This document shows, piece after piece, positions 53,210 to 64,000 of a DNA stretch of 64,000 bases (the stretch's first letter is position 1; every line of letters starts with the position of its first letter). Below the pieces are notes generated by a model. The model had not been told where the DNA came from. It made no database searches and saw only the letters and a program-made list of their open reading frames with translations. A program made the position numbers and the translations under genes. Source of the stretch: Octopus bimaculoides (lineage: Eukaryota); assembly GCF_001194135.2 (NCBI RefSeq), contig NC_068984.1, positions 34,438,730 to 34,502,729 of the forward strand, read 5' to 3'.

Positions 53210-54070
53210 CACAGAATGACAAAGCGACCATACTTTGAATATGTTAATCCATAAAGAGAGGAAGATAAAGACAAAGCCAGCCGATATTTTTGTCACGAAT
53301 AACGAAGAATCTAAGTGCCTTCTGATTGAATTATCAGTCCTAGCATTCGATAAGAAAGAAACTGACATATTACCCAAATATAAAATTCTGGGAATAGAAA
53401 TAACTGGAAAATAGAGATCGAAAATAATCAGAATACCTCTAACAAGTATCTTGGGAAGGATTAAAAAATATGAGATAAATGTACGCATATTACGTAGAGT
53501 ATTGATAAAACAAAATATCCCCATATACTCAAACAACAAAATCACAAAACATAGCAAGATAATACATACCCAGGTCTCATAAATGGAGAAAATGTTATCA
53601 AAGCAAAGAATACATAGCAATACTAGTGTTAAAATACTGTACACTTTTTCTACAATAGACGAAGTTAGACTTACAGCAATTCGACAGAAGAAATTGGAAG
53701 TTGCTCAAAATGCACAACAAGCATCATCCAAACAGTTATATCAACATTTTCTACCTACCAAGAAGAGAAAGAGGACGATACAGTGCTCCCATATTTAGTC
53801 TTAAAATCTTTGCTACGCTTAATAGAGAAACAGTACTGTTTATAGACGAAAACATCCCAAAGTCGTTGAAACTCTAGGAGAATCCAGGACAAAAGGAAGA
53901 ACTACCGCATAAATATTTGGAAATGCATGGAAGCAAATGGCTAATTTATGCAGCAAATCACAGAAGTTGGAAATAAAGTGTCTAATCTGTGAATGTCAAA
54001 TTGAAATCTGAAAACACCGAATCGATAATTACAGCCGCTCGTGAACACGCCATTAGAACGACCTTTAGGA
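53210..54070 (+). mobile_element. Decayed REL-LINE fragments: 3' end followed by thumb/linker region
   Basis: 53210-53510 gives NDKATIL...ERKIKTKPADIFV...KCLLIELSV...KYKILGIEI...LRRVL*. 53540-54070 includes LYTFSTIDEVRLTAIRQK and LKSENTESIITAAREHAIRT-like peptides. Confidence 0.6.
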
Positions 54071-54544
54071 AGACTAAGGTTTTTAAAATTATGTTAGAGT
54101 CTGTATGAGGAATCTTTGAAAAAAGAAACGAAAGTATTAACCGTCTCTTAATACAATAAGCTATAGCACATAAATAGGGTATGAATGTGCCGGTAAAAGC
54201 AAAGAATATACCAGGATGTTAGAGAAGTGTTAGCTCACACACAAACACACACACAGTTTACTGTGCCGTTAATTTAAGAACAACAAGAATGGGGAAGAAA
54301 CTATAATTTTCTTTCATTTCTATCCTTTAGTTTTTCCGTTTTTATTCGCTGATTTTGAAATACAGCATAACATGTGCTCAGAGTATGATATGTTTGGAGA
54401 CACAAAACAGGTTGTCAAAAGCACGTATATATATATATATATATATATATATATNNNNNNNNNNNNNNNNNNNNNNNNNNNNNNNNNNNNNNNNNNNNNN
54501 NNNNNNNNNNNNNNNNNNNNNATGGTATATATATATATAGATAT

Positions 54545-54720
54545 ACCGGAGTAAGCACATAAAATGCGCAACAAGGTGGAAAAAGAGTACTCAAATACCA
54601 GAGGTAGAGTAATATGCTTTATTTAAATGCAGCAGAAATATAACAAAAGACTGCTACTCGGAGTTTCACGTTCCCGTTCATTGGACAGTTTTTCTAACAA
54701 AGGTCTTACATAAAGGATGA
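54545..54720 (-). mobile_element. Hammerhead-bearing short repeat (Penelope pLTR / retrozyme-like)
   Basis: Contains the hammerhead fold at 54650-54689, a downstream AATAAA on the same strand, and ends at a (TA)n tract. Confidence 0.55.
54650..54689 (-). ncRNA. Minimal type I hammerhead-ribozyme-like motif with mutated core
   Basis: ACUGU-CCAAUGA-ACG(GGAA)CGU-GAA-ACUC(C)GAGU-A^GCAGU: stems I, II and III all pair, the cleavage triplet is GUA, and the core is CCAAUGA instead of CUGAUGA. Confidence 0.65.
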
Positions 54721-55169
54721 ATTTCCTATTATATATTAAGCAAATGTATGTATTAAATTATATCAAAATATCCACATTCGGCTTGACTTTATTTGTACAC
54801 CTGACACGACTCATTGCTAGTACAAACTAGCCGGTCAAGACTTCAGTTACTCGAACACTCCGACAACGATTTGTAGTGTTTTGCAAAATGTCTGTCAATG
54901 TTGTTGCTGGCTGATCACTATGAAAAGCTTTGAAGCGCCTCATTTTCATTCGAGAAATAGCTGGCGATCTTCAATATGTATTGTAAATTGTTTGACTATT
55001 GGTAAATGTTCTGGGATTGCTTCTTTGAACATTCTTCAAGGAACTAGAAAAATTTTAATATAACATTTGTTCTGAGACTTTTATCTCGTCGACAGCGTAA
55101 TTAATATCATCGAAGTATCATGTCTGCTCCATCTCTTCTTTTAGCAAATATTTTGTAATATATTTCACA

Positions 55170-55400
55170 CTCTAAGTACGAGAGTATGTTTTATGTTTGA
55201 TCTGGTACTCAATTTGGTGACGAAGTAATGGTTTGTAAGAAAATCCCATTGGTTGGTAAACCCCAGCTTCGCATATCCCATCCTCGGTTTGGCAGCAGCA
55301 ACATTAGGATAGCCATCCTCCCCTTGTTCCGTGTAGCGGAAATAACTCTGCAAAGTACTTGGAGCAGATTTAATTCTCCTGTAGTCCTTATGCAAAGAAT
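55170..55400 (-). mobile_element. Helitron Rep-domain remnant
   Basis: Minus peptide TLQSYFRYTEQGEDGYPNVAAAKP resembles the Helitron T.TG.DGYP.YRRR.P motif. Confidence 0.4.
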
Positions 55401-55869
55401 ACATTGCTGAAAGGTATATACAGACCATGTGATATGGTTGTCATGTGCAACTGAAAGTCCCTATTCTCGTCGGGAGTTTTTGCTCTTATGATCTATCATT
55501 AAAATTCCCATGACCACCACCCCCCAAGTGCTACCCATTGATATCTGCATTAGATAAGAACGCATCCTGGTATGGGACCGTGAAATGGATGACTTGCATA
55601 ATCTCAAAGGTAAATGTTTTTCAGAAAGTTCATAATTTACTTCAGTGTAGGGCCAAATCCCTCGAGAAATGAAATTAGATCTATCATGTACTTATCAACA
55701 TAGCAGAAAACTTTGTGTAATCTCATTCCATTTTGGTTTGCAGGTCACTCTTCTTATGAAGTAATAGGGTTTTCCTATGAGGTGAACGTATGCTATGACA
55801 TCACACTGTGTTGCAAGTATCTATCGTGGGCCACTTAGTTTATTTCCTGAGGTCTCTACAAAAGTGATT

Positions 55870-56085
55870 CTGTTTTCTTACAAAAAACTTCCATACGTAT
55901 TCACAAACAGTAAGCTCACCTTCAAGTTTAGGCATCTCAAATTTCCTAACATGATACATTTTGCTACGACTTATAATAAGGTGCAAGAACAGGCCGTTAA
56001 AACAATTGGCTTGAAGTTCTTTGTTTCGTGTTTTTCTATGAACAATTATGTGGTGCGATTCCAAAACTTGGGATGTCGAAAAATT
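55870..56085 (+). mobile_element. Helitron Pif1-like helicase C-terminal remnant
   Basis: KLTFKFRHLKFPNMIHFATTYNKVQEQAVKTIGLKFFVSCFS...YVVRFQNLG aligns to LPF.F.R.QFP..LAFAMTINK.QGQ.L...GL.....CFSHGQLYVA.SR. Confidence 0.7.
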
Positions 56086-57189
56086 ATCATCTCTCTAATA
56101 TAACTGAAGAAGAAATGTTAATTAGTAAGAGGATTTGTCGGATTAACGATATTTCTGCATGATGGAAACCAATTAAATTAGTAAGTTGGTCCATTAAAAT
56201 TAAAGTTATATGATGTAATATATAAATAAAACATTTGTGCAACGTGGTTTAATTCCACTTTCAATTAGATGCAGCTAAAAATTAATGTTTTGCCTGGGTA
56301 TCTAATTAGATACCTAAGTTATGTGTGTGTGGGGGGGAGTGTGTGTGCGTGTGTATGCGCGTGCGAGCATGCGTCTTAGTGCGTGTACATATGTCTGCAT
56401 GCATATATACACATATACATATTTATATATGCATATACACACAGACGCACACAGACACACCCACCTATACATACCTACACAGACATTCACACACATACAT
56501 ATGTACGTAGCATACGGTTGCAACCGAGTATGGCGTTTTTACATAAAAACATTTGTGTAAAAAATAAAAGGAAGTTTTCAACATTTCCTGTTAAAGATCC
56601 TACATATTCTCTGGGGGAATTTAAGTAAAAATATTATTTTGAAAAGCGTCTAAATATGCATTTTTTTTTTTATGATAAATTGATTTTTTCCTTAGTTTCT
56701 ATAATAAATTACAACCGCAAAAACTTGACTAGCCGACACTAAAAACCATTTTTCTCCATCAATAATTACACATCACTAATTTTACTAGTGATGTTGAATA
56801 AATTCTCACTTGCACATTTCTAATCACACATCCTTAATTACAGCATCGATTCCTTAGCAAACCAGCATTTCCATATTCTTTAATTAGGTGTACCTTAATT
56901 AACGCAACCCTAATTAGTCATCACTAATAACTACACACATATATCTAATTAAAAATCTCTAATTACATATTCTTTATTGTGTATCCTTAATTACACGTCA
57001 TATGCCAGTGCTCACCTATCTTCAACACGTAATTGAGCAGGTTATAATGGGTTCCTAAGTGTACGTCAACTTAGATGTTGTCTAGCCTTGACAAGAGCGT
57101 TAAGTATTCACATAAGACCTGAAAATGTATATTTCATTTAGTTCAAAACTATTGTTGTCCCATGCACGGGAACTCATAATACGCTATAT

Positions 57190-57420
57190 ATGAATTACAT
57201 CAAAGCCATTCATTACAATATATAATATGCGGATACGTGAACCCGACTGGACGAGTTTGTGGCACTCTTGTATTCGATCATATTTCGATTCTCCGATTAA
57301 GCGCTGCCTTGTTCACTTGAGCAATGTGTTTAATTTCGCGATGCTCTATTTCGCACAACTTAAAATTACTTCCGGTGGTATCTGGGAGTAGGCTTCCTCA
57401 ATGGTGGACTTGCGTACCAT
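57190..57420 (-). mobile_element. Penelope-like (Neptune-type) C-terminal remnant
   Basis: Minus peptide GSNFKLCEIEHREIKHIAQVNKAALNRRIEI*SN resembles C.LC..EK..I......LN.R.E...CRH. Confidence 0.45.
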
Positions 57421-58694
57421 TTAAAATGTGCCCCGTAGTCCCTGACAAAGGGTAATCAATAAATCTCTGCATTTGATTATCTGTACGTCATTAAATTTTT
57501 ACGTGTTTAATTGACCTGCAAAGAGTAACAAATAAATCCCGTTGTTTATTATAAAATCAAAGAATATATTGTATAATATAATGAGTGATTCATTGTATTC
57601 TAAAACGACTTGAAGTTCAAGGCTGGGTGATATCTGGCCAGAGACCTCGTTCCACTTATATCTGACTTCTGTTTGAATAGCCACAACAATAATAGCAACA
57701 ACAACAACAAAAGCAATAAGAGAATCACCTGTTTGGCTTTATGTCACATAATATGGACTTTTTTGGGGTGGGGGAAATCCTTTTATCTTGTGTTCATAAA
57801 GTGACATCTCGTTGAATTCCACGAGGCGATTTTAAAGTTCTCTCCTTCTGCTATATTATGAGATTTTTGATCAACATAATTTCGGCTGCAAGCATTCCTT
57901 CTTCTAGAAGACCTTCATCTAAATTGCCAGATTCTAATTTAGGGCATTTCGGTGCAGAGCGTCTATGGAGTGCTTCCACATTGAGAAACATAGCTAAATG
58001 CATGCTGAACAAATGAACTCACCATCTATGTGAAGATATTACAATACTGTAATCAATCAAATACAAAGTTATTTCTTACTATTTAACTGATATTATTTAA
58101 CTCCAAGTTATCCCAATGTGAGTGGATTATGACCAAAATTATGATAAGTGTGGCTATTTCGTCTTTTAATTTCTAGTTAATATCGGAACACAATATTTAT
58201 AAGTCTTGTTTCTTTGAAGAAGGTAACATTTGATTTGTGAAAGGTACTCGCTGCTATTCTCTGCCAGACCAATGACCAAGTACGAGCACCCGTAAGAACT
58301 CGAATTACTGTATTTCCGTCGAAGATGTCTTGTTTCCTTTTTCTTTCTGTTTCTCTTTCCTTGGACGCGCACGCACACACATACACACAAACACAAACAT
58401 ACACACAAAAACACACTCACACACGCACGCACGCACACACAGATCACAATGATCAAAGTAGCCAGAAATATCATATGTAAGCATATCGTCATTTAGGGTG
58501 TTAAAATATATTTATGCTAGTAAATATCGATGTTAACGTCGAGTGAAGTCGAGGGAAGCGTCATCATCAAAATCATGTACACGAATTCTTTGACTTATCT
58601 TTAAACTTAATTCATTCAATCATATAGCATCAAAGATGTTTACACGAGAAAAGACTACACAATTAATTCGATGTAGCCACAACAGAAATTCCTG

Positions 58695-59510
58695 GAAGAA
58701 ATAAGTAGGATTGGCTGATGAAAGGAAGCCTTAAAAAAAGACCCGAGAGCACTATACTGGTAGCGCACGACCAAGCTTAGGCAACGAACTGGAGGGTCAA
58801 ACTTAGGAATGAGCAAGTGTTTCTGCAGTGCCGTATCTGCAATAGAGTAGATGAAACCTATATCAGGAATGAATGCCCAAGACATGCCCCAAACCACTAC
58901 AAGTTGAGCCGACACGACCAGGTAGCGAAATTGCTACACTGGAAACTGTGCGATAAGTAGAGGCTAGAGAGGGCCAAGACGTGGTGTGAGCCCAAACCGC
59001 ACAGGGTGGCAGAGTCGGGGACTAGCAAATTCCTCTGAGGTTTCCCAATCTAAACAGATCAGGTGATAGAGCATAACAGACCGGACCAATGTGGTCGACA
59101 AGGGGCACCGCATATGCTATATAGTTGATGTTGCATGCCCCTTTGGCCCACGAATGGTCAAGAGGGAAGGACAAAAAGATAGATACATACAACCCTCTTA
59201 TGTACGAAATAACCCGGCTATGGGAAAGGAAGAAAGTTAAAATAGTGCCAATTATTGTTGGGTCCTTTGGAACTGTATTAGGAGTCAACAAGAGGAATAT
59301 AAAGGAAATTGGAATAGAATGCCCAGTAGTGTTACAAAGTGTTACAAAGTTTTGCCTACTTGGCACGACCAGTATAATCAGGAAAGTATTAGATAGCTGA
59401 AAAGATCGGATAGCATGGTACTTGTAAGCTGCAGGTAGTAAACCCGCTACGCATGCAAGACTCCAGGAGCTCCAACAAAACATGTGAGAAACAGAATAAT
59501 AATAATAATA
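58695..59510 (+). mobile_element. 5'-truncated REL-LINE 3' fragment with (AAT)n tail
   Basis: WLMKGSLKKDPESTILVAHDQ...CRICNRVDETY...ECP...RHDQVAKLLHWKLC...IEHNRPD...EITRLWERKKVKIVPIIVGSFG...KFCLLGTTSIIRKVLDS*, then a 3' UTR and aataataataataata. Confidence 0.9.
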
Positions 59511-59724
59511 CTTTCTACTATAGGTACAAAGGCCTCAAATTTGGGAAAAGGGGATAGTCGATTACATTGAACCCATTGGTACTTTGGTACTTAATCTACC
59601 GACCCCGAATGAATGCAAGGTAAACTCGACCTCGGTAGAATTCAAACTCACAACATAAAGACAGATAAAATACCGCTAAGCATTTCACCTGGCATGCTAA
59701 CCTTTCTGCCAGCTCGCTGCCATT
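59511..59724 (-). mobile_element. SINE of the 37906-type family
   Basis: Reverse complement is colinear with 37906-38143 (ggcagcgagctggcagaaagg..gcatgccaggtgaaatgcttagcggtattt...gaggtcgagttt). Confidence 0.85.
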
Positions 59725-60256
59725 ACCACTTTTAATAATGATCATAGTGCAATCGTTTAAGAGAATATTATTTTACAGTATTTGGACACCTTTCTCTGAA
59801 ATGCATCATTGCTAATAATAAATAGCACCCAGAGAAAAACGTCCAAATGGCTATTTGCTGAGGATATACAGCGATATTTGGAACAGCTTGTATACAACAA
59901 AACTACAGCAACTCAGAAAGAATATTAATAGTTTCGAATTTGAGAACAAAAGCAGCATTTTACATCGATCCCAGTACTTGGATGGTACCTTTTTATGGAC
60001 TCTGAAAGGATGAAAGAAAGTAACATGGCCATGTCTTTCCATCTATTTTGAAGTTGACCTATATAACCAAAATCAAACACTCATACATATCCACGTTCTT
60101 ACACACACACACATATTCATAGATATACACACACACACACAAATATATATATACATATATACAAACATATATGTACCGCAGAATCCTTTGTATTTTTGTT
60201 GTTATTTTTTTGATTTACAATTTATTTTATATATATATATATACAGACAGACCGAC

Positions 60257-60298
<42 letters not shown>

Positions 60299-61362
60299 NN
60301 NNNNNNNNNNNNNNNNNNNNNNNNNNNNNNNNNNNNNNNNNNNNNNNNNNNNNNNNNNNNNNNNNNNNNNNNNNNNNNNNNNNNNNNNNNNNNNNNNNNN
60401 NNNNNNNNNNNNNNNNNNNNNNNNNNNNNNNNNNNNNNNNNNNNNNNNNNNNNNNNNNNNNNNNNNNNNNNNNNNNNNNNNNNNNNNNNNNNNNNNNNNN
60501 NNNNNNNNNNNNNNNNNNNNNNNNNNNNNNNNNNNNNNNNNNNNNNNNNNNNNNATATATATATATATATATACAGACAGACCGACATATATATATATAT
60601 GTATATATACGTATACTGATGTATGTATTCTCATCTACAAAGAATTTCTAAATCTATATTTATATTCACTTCATTCTGTCTCAACTTCCCTGAGAATATG
60701 GGTACGTGTATATCCATATGAGACATTAAGTACTTCGGAACCGAGTTAAATTATGCTAAATAATTAAAGAAGTTAAATGATATCTCATTTCTATAGTTCA
60801 CCAAGTCGTATATGTAGAAAATAGCTCTAATAATTTTAAAATACACAGTACTCTTCATACAACAGTAAAATACATTAAAAGCATGAAACTCTGAAAATAC
60901 TCCAGGCACAAACAGCTACGCCATATGTGCTGCAGAAGCATGCCATAACAATGTGCTCAAAAAAGAAAACCTAAACTAATGAGAAAACATAAATATATAA
61001 TATTTCGTTTCTTAATAAACAGGCTGTTGCATATATATCTACGTATGTGAGTATGTATGTATGTCTGCATGCAAGTATGTATGTATGTACGTGGGAGTAT
61101 GTGTCTTTCTGCGAATGAATGCTTTTTGTATGTGTGTATATTAATATTTGCGTATGTGCCGACTCATTTGCGTGTGTATGCATATATATGTATGCATACA
61201 TTTTTGTCTGTCTATCTATCTACCTATCTATCTATATGTGTGTGTTTGTGTTTGTATGTGTGCGTGTGTACGCATGCACGAATTTGTGCTTTTGTGCATG
61301 CGTATACTTGTATCTGTGAGCATTTATACAAGTGCATATACATCACCCTCTCTCTCACTCTG

Positions 61363-61363
<1 letters not shown>

Positions 61364-61415
<52 letters not shown>

Positions 61416-61425
61416 GTCTATTTAT
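61364..61425. repeat. (CTAT)n microsatellite
   Basis: Direct reading. Confidence 0.9.
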
Positions 61426-61441
61426 CTATTTGTCTATACAA

Positions 61442-61484
<43 letters not shown>

Positions 61485-64000
61485 CATATATATGTGCATA
61501 TGTATGTGCAGGTGTACTGGCGCGTGTATGTAAGCATATAAATCATATTTTAATCATGTAACATGCAATCATCTATCAACAATCAAAGCAGAGCAGAAAC
61601 AACGGCAAACTTACAAATCGCTCCTAGTTATTCGTGCTAATATGTTATATGTATTTAATATACCTAGCTCTATACTACATTATAAGAGTCAACCTTAAAA
61701 ATTTCGCTATGTTAGCATTAAAATCAAGTAGTAATTTAAACTTAATACTTATCTTCACATGTCTAATATCAAACAATTGAAAATACGTGTATCCAACCGC
61801 ACTGAATATAGCATATTCATGCAACTTTGCGCATTGGTTTTTGTGCATGTTTGTGTGCAATTGGAATTCCACGTTTAAGTTGATGATGCTATAGTGTGAT
61901 ACTGGGAAATACTTCTCCTCTCACACTAAAATATCATTGCTAAATATAATTAATGTAGAGTAACTATTGGAAGCCTTAATAGGAAACTTTAGATAAATTG
62001 ATTATATATGCTGAAAGCATTCTATCAAGCACGTAACACCAAACGTACAGATAACGTTTAATTGCAAGGCGCATGTCGCGATGCAAATTTATATATTAAA
62101 TCAAAACATCTCGCTTATTTATAGAATTAATGAGACAAACTAACATGCCAGCATCCGTCCTATCTCTTTCATTATCTCAATCTTACTCTGTATCTATTAT
62201 ATAGATATACATACGAATATACATAAATACGTACGACACATAAATATATTCAAACATATACAGCAAGCATACATGTATATGCGTGCGTTTGTGTATATGT
62301 GTACGTGTCTATGTATACAGAGAGGGAGAGGAAGAGAGAGAAAGAGAGAAAGTATGAGGTAGATGGATGGATATATGCACATGCACACACGCATTCAAGG
62401 TTTATAATTTGATGTTGTATATACACCATATACTGTGATTACACACAAGTATGTACACACTCTCAAATACATATCCTTGGATGCAATTATTGTTAGACCT
62501 TCGCTTGAAGTCTACGTGAGTTCTCTACAAATGCTCACCACACGTATATTAATATTCCTTATTCAAAATCATAATTTCATAAATGAAATATCAATTACCA
62601 TACTGAAGCCTTCACTGTGCTAGTGTTGTCCAGTACGTTAATTCCCCAGAGTTATGTTACAGTAACTTTGTACTCTAATATGTGGTTAGATTGTCAAGAA
62701 ATGTTTAGTTAGGTTCAACACTCACAGGCCTCAAAGAAAATCGCGCCGATTTTACACTGATGCTCACTTTCTTTATAATGGTATGTATATGGACAGCTTG
62801 AGAATGTGTTTGTGTGTGTTTGGTGAATATATGCGTGCGGGGGTGCGTCTGTGTATANNNNNNNNNNNNNNNNNNNNNNNNNNNNNNNNNNNNNNNNNNN
62901 NNNNNNNNNNNNNNNNNNNNNNNNNNNNNNNNNNNATATATATATATATATATATATATACAGTATATATGTAAATTTAAATATACGTGTGTGTGTGTGT
63001 GTGTGTTGCTCTCCAGTATTTCAAATCATGCGAAAGACCGTAAAACGTGATCTATATATGAATTAACTGTACAGCATTTATGAAGTGCTGCCTTCTTTCG
63101 CAATTTTTAATGTATAGATATATAATATCGAATTTTGTGAATCATAGCGTCACTACTTGCGGAATTGTAAACTAAGTAATCAGAGGCTCACTTCATCTTG
63201 AGTTAGACACTATGGAAAACAAATCTGAAACAAATACTCTGTTGTCCAACCTTCGAAATTACCATCAATTATTTGGGTTATTTCAGAAAAATTAGACCGA
63301 TAAATTTTGTGGAATCTTCTATCCTTCCACGTCTCACATTTCATTGTTCTGAAACTGCCTGTTTTCAGGGAAATCTGTTTATACATAGCGTGAATCACCT
63401 CCACAAATATCTTATTCCATTCCACTAGTTTCTAGACCACGCACACATACATGGTTACTAAGTGCATATTGTCTATTCTACAGGTAATTCCAAACAATCT
63501 TAATTAAGAAAAATAATATGACATAATCTCTTAAAATCGCTATATTAAATGTCTTTTAAATCATTCTGAAACATGACTCCCCGCCATCACCCATGCCGAT
63601 GTAGCATCTCTCGAGCTAAACCATTCTATCTTTGTCTCCCATATTTTTTCTACCTCTTCTTCCCCACTCTCTCAAGGGAGCTAGTTTGATTTTGAAAACA
63701 TGATCACAGTGGCTCATCACAAAGAATGTTTTCTCTACTTAATGTCATATGATTTTCAATTCTAACATGAAAAGGAGGATACGAATGAAATTAACTAAAT
63801 TCTCCTCGAGAATCACGAATCTCTTCCCCTCAGTAACGACCATTATTTCCACTTTCACAAATCTAGATATATTGGGCAGCCATGTGTATGTTAACCCTTT
63901 TAAAAAAATGATGAAATTAATGTTCTTACTCTCAAGATGACCAACATGTTTAACTGGCGCGCGAATTTATTGCCAACTCTCTCCATGTATGGGCTTAAAC

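Noticed and set aside
58714-58740. CTGATGA motif as a possible hammerhead core
   Set aside because: It lies in LINE coding sequence (WLMKGS), with no stem II/GAAA geometry.
60230-60610. tatacagacagaccgacatata unit repeated either side of a gap
   Set aside because: Collapsed minisatellite or assembly artefact. Copy number cannot be read.
3732-62974. Dozens of ORFs with [12 protein letters not shown]/poly-N/I/L/Y/D or X runs in the ORF track
   Set aside because: They are translations of di-, tri- and tetranucleotide microsatellites or N-gaps, with no coding signal.
63210-63425. 71-aa minus-strand ORF (MEWNKIFVEVIHAMY...)
   Set aside because: No motif or splice evidence that could be supported.
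1-64000. CRISPR-like or regularly spaced repeat-spacer arrays
   Set aside because: None seen. All periodic repeats are micro- or minisatellites in eukaryotic DNA.

Overview
AT-rich eukaryotic genomic DNA, very rich in microsatellites, with many N-gaps that nearly all abut (TA)n tracts, as expected of a short-read draft assembly. The SINE families and repeat style point to a cephalopod, probably Octopus (inference). No complete protein-coding gene, tRNA, rRNA or CRISPR array is supportable, and most of the ORF track is microsatellite or gap artefact. The window looks intronic or intergenic and is filled with transposon relics: a near full-length DD37E (TRT-like) Tc1 element (1020-2514), an internally deleted DDxD mariner-type element (17941-18820), several tRNA-derived SINEs (two with target-site duplications), many fragments of R4/Dong-like restriction-endonuclease LINEs tied to (TAA)n tracts, Penelope-like (GIY-YIG) relics and Helitron relics. 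The most interesting signal is a set of sequence-unrelated, minimal type I hammerhead-ribozyme-like motifs with palindromic stem III. The best is at 54650-54689 (minus). Others include a pair in a ~130-bp inverted repeat (47502-47632) and one inside a pseudo-LTR-like direct repeat (16648-16693). All visible copies carry core mutations. A few short candidate exons with good splice signals may belong to a long-intron host gene, but its identity could not be established.
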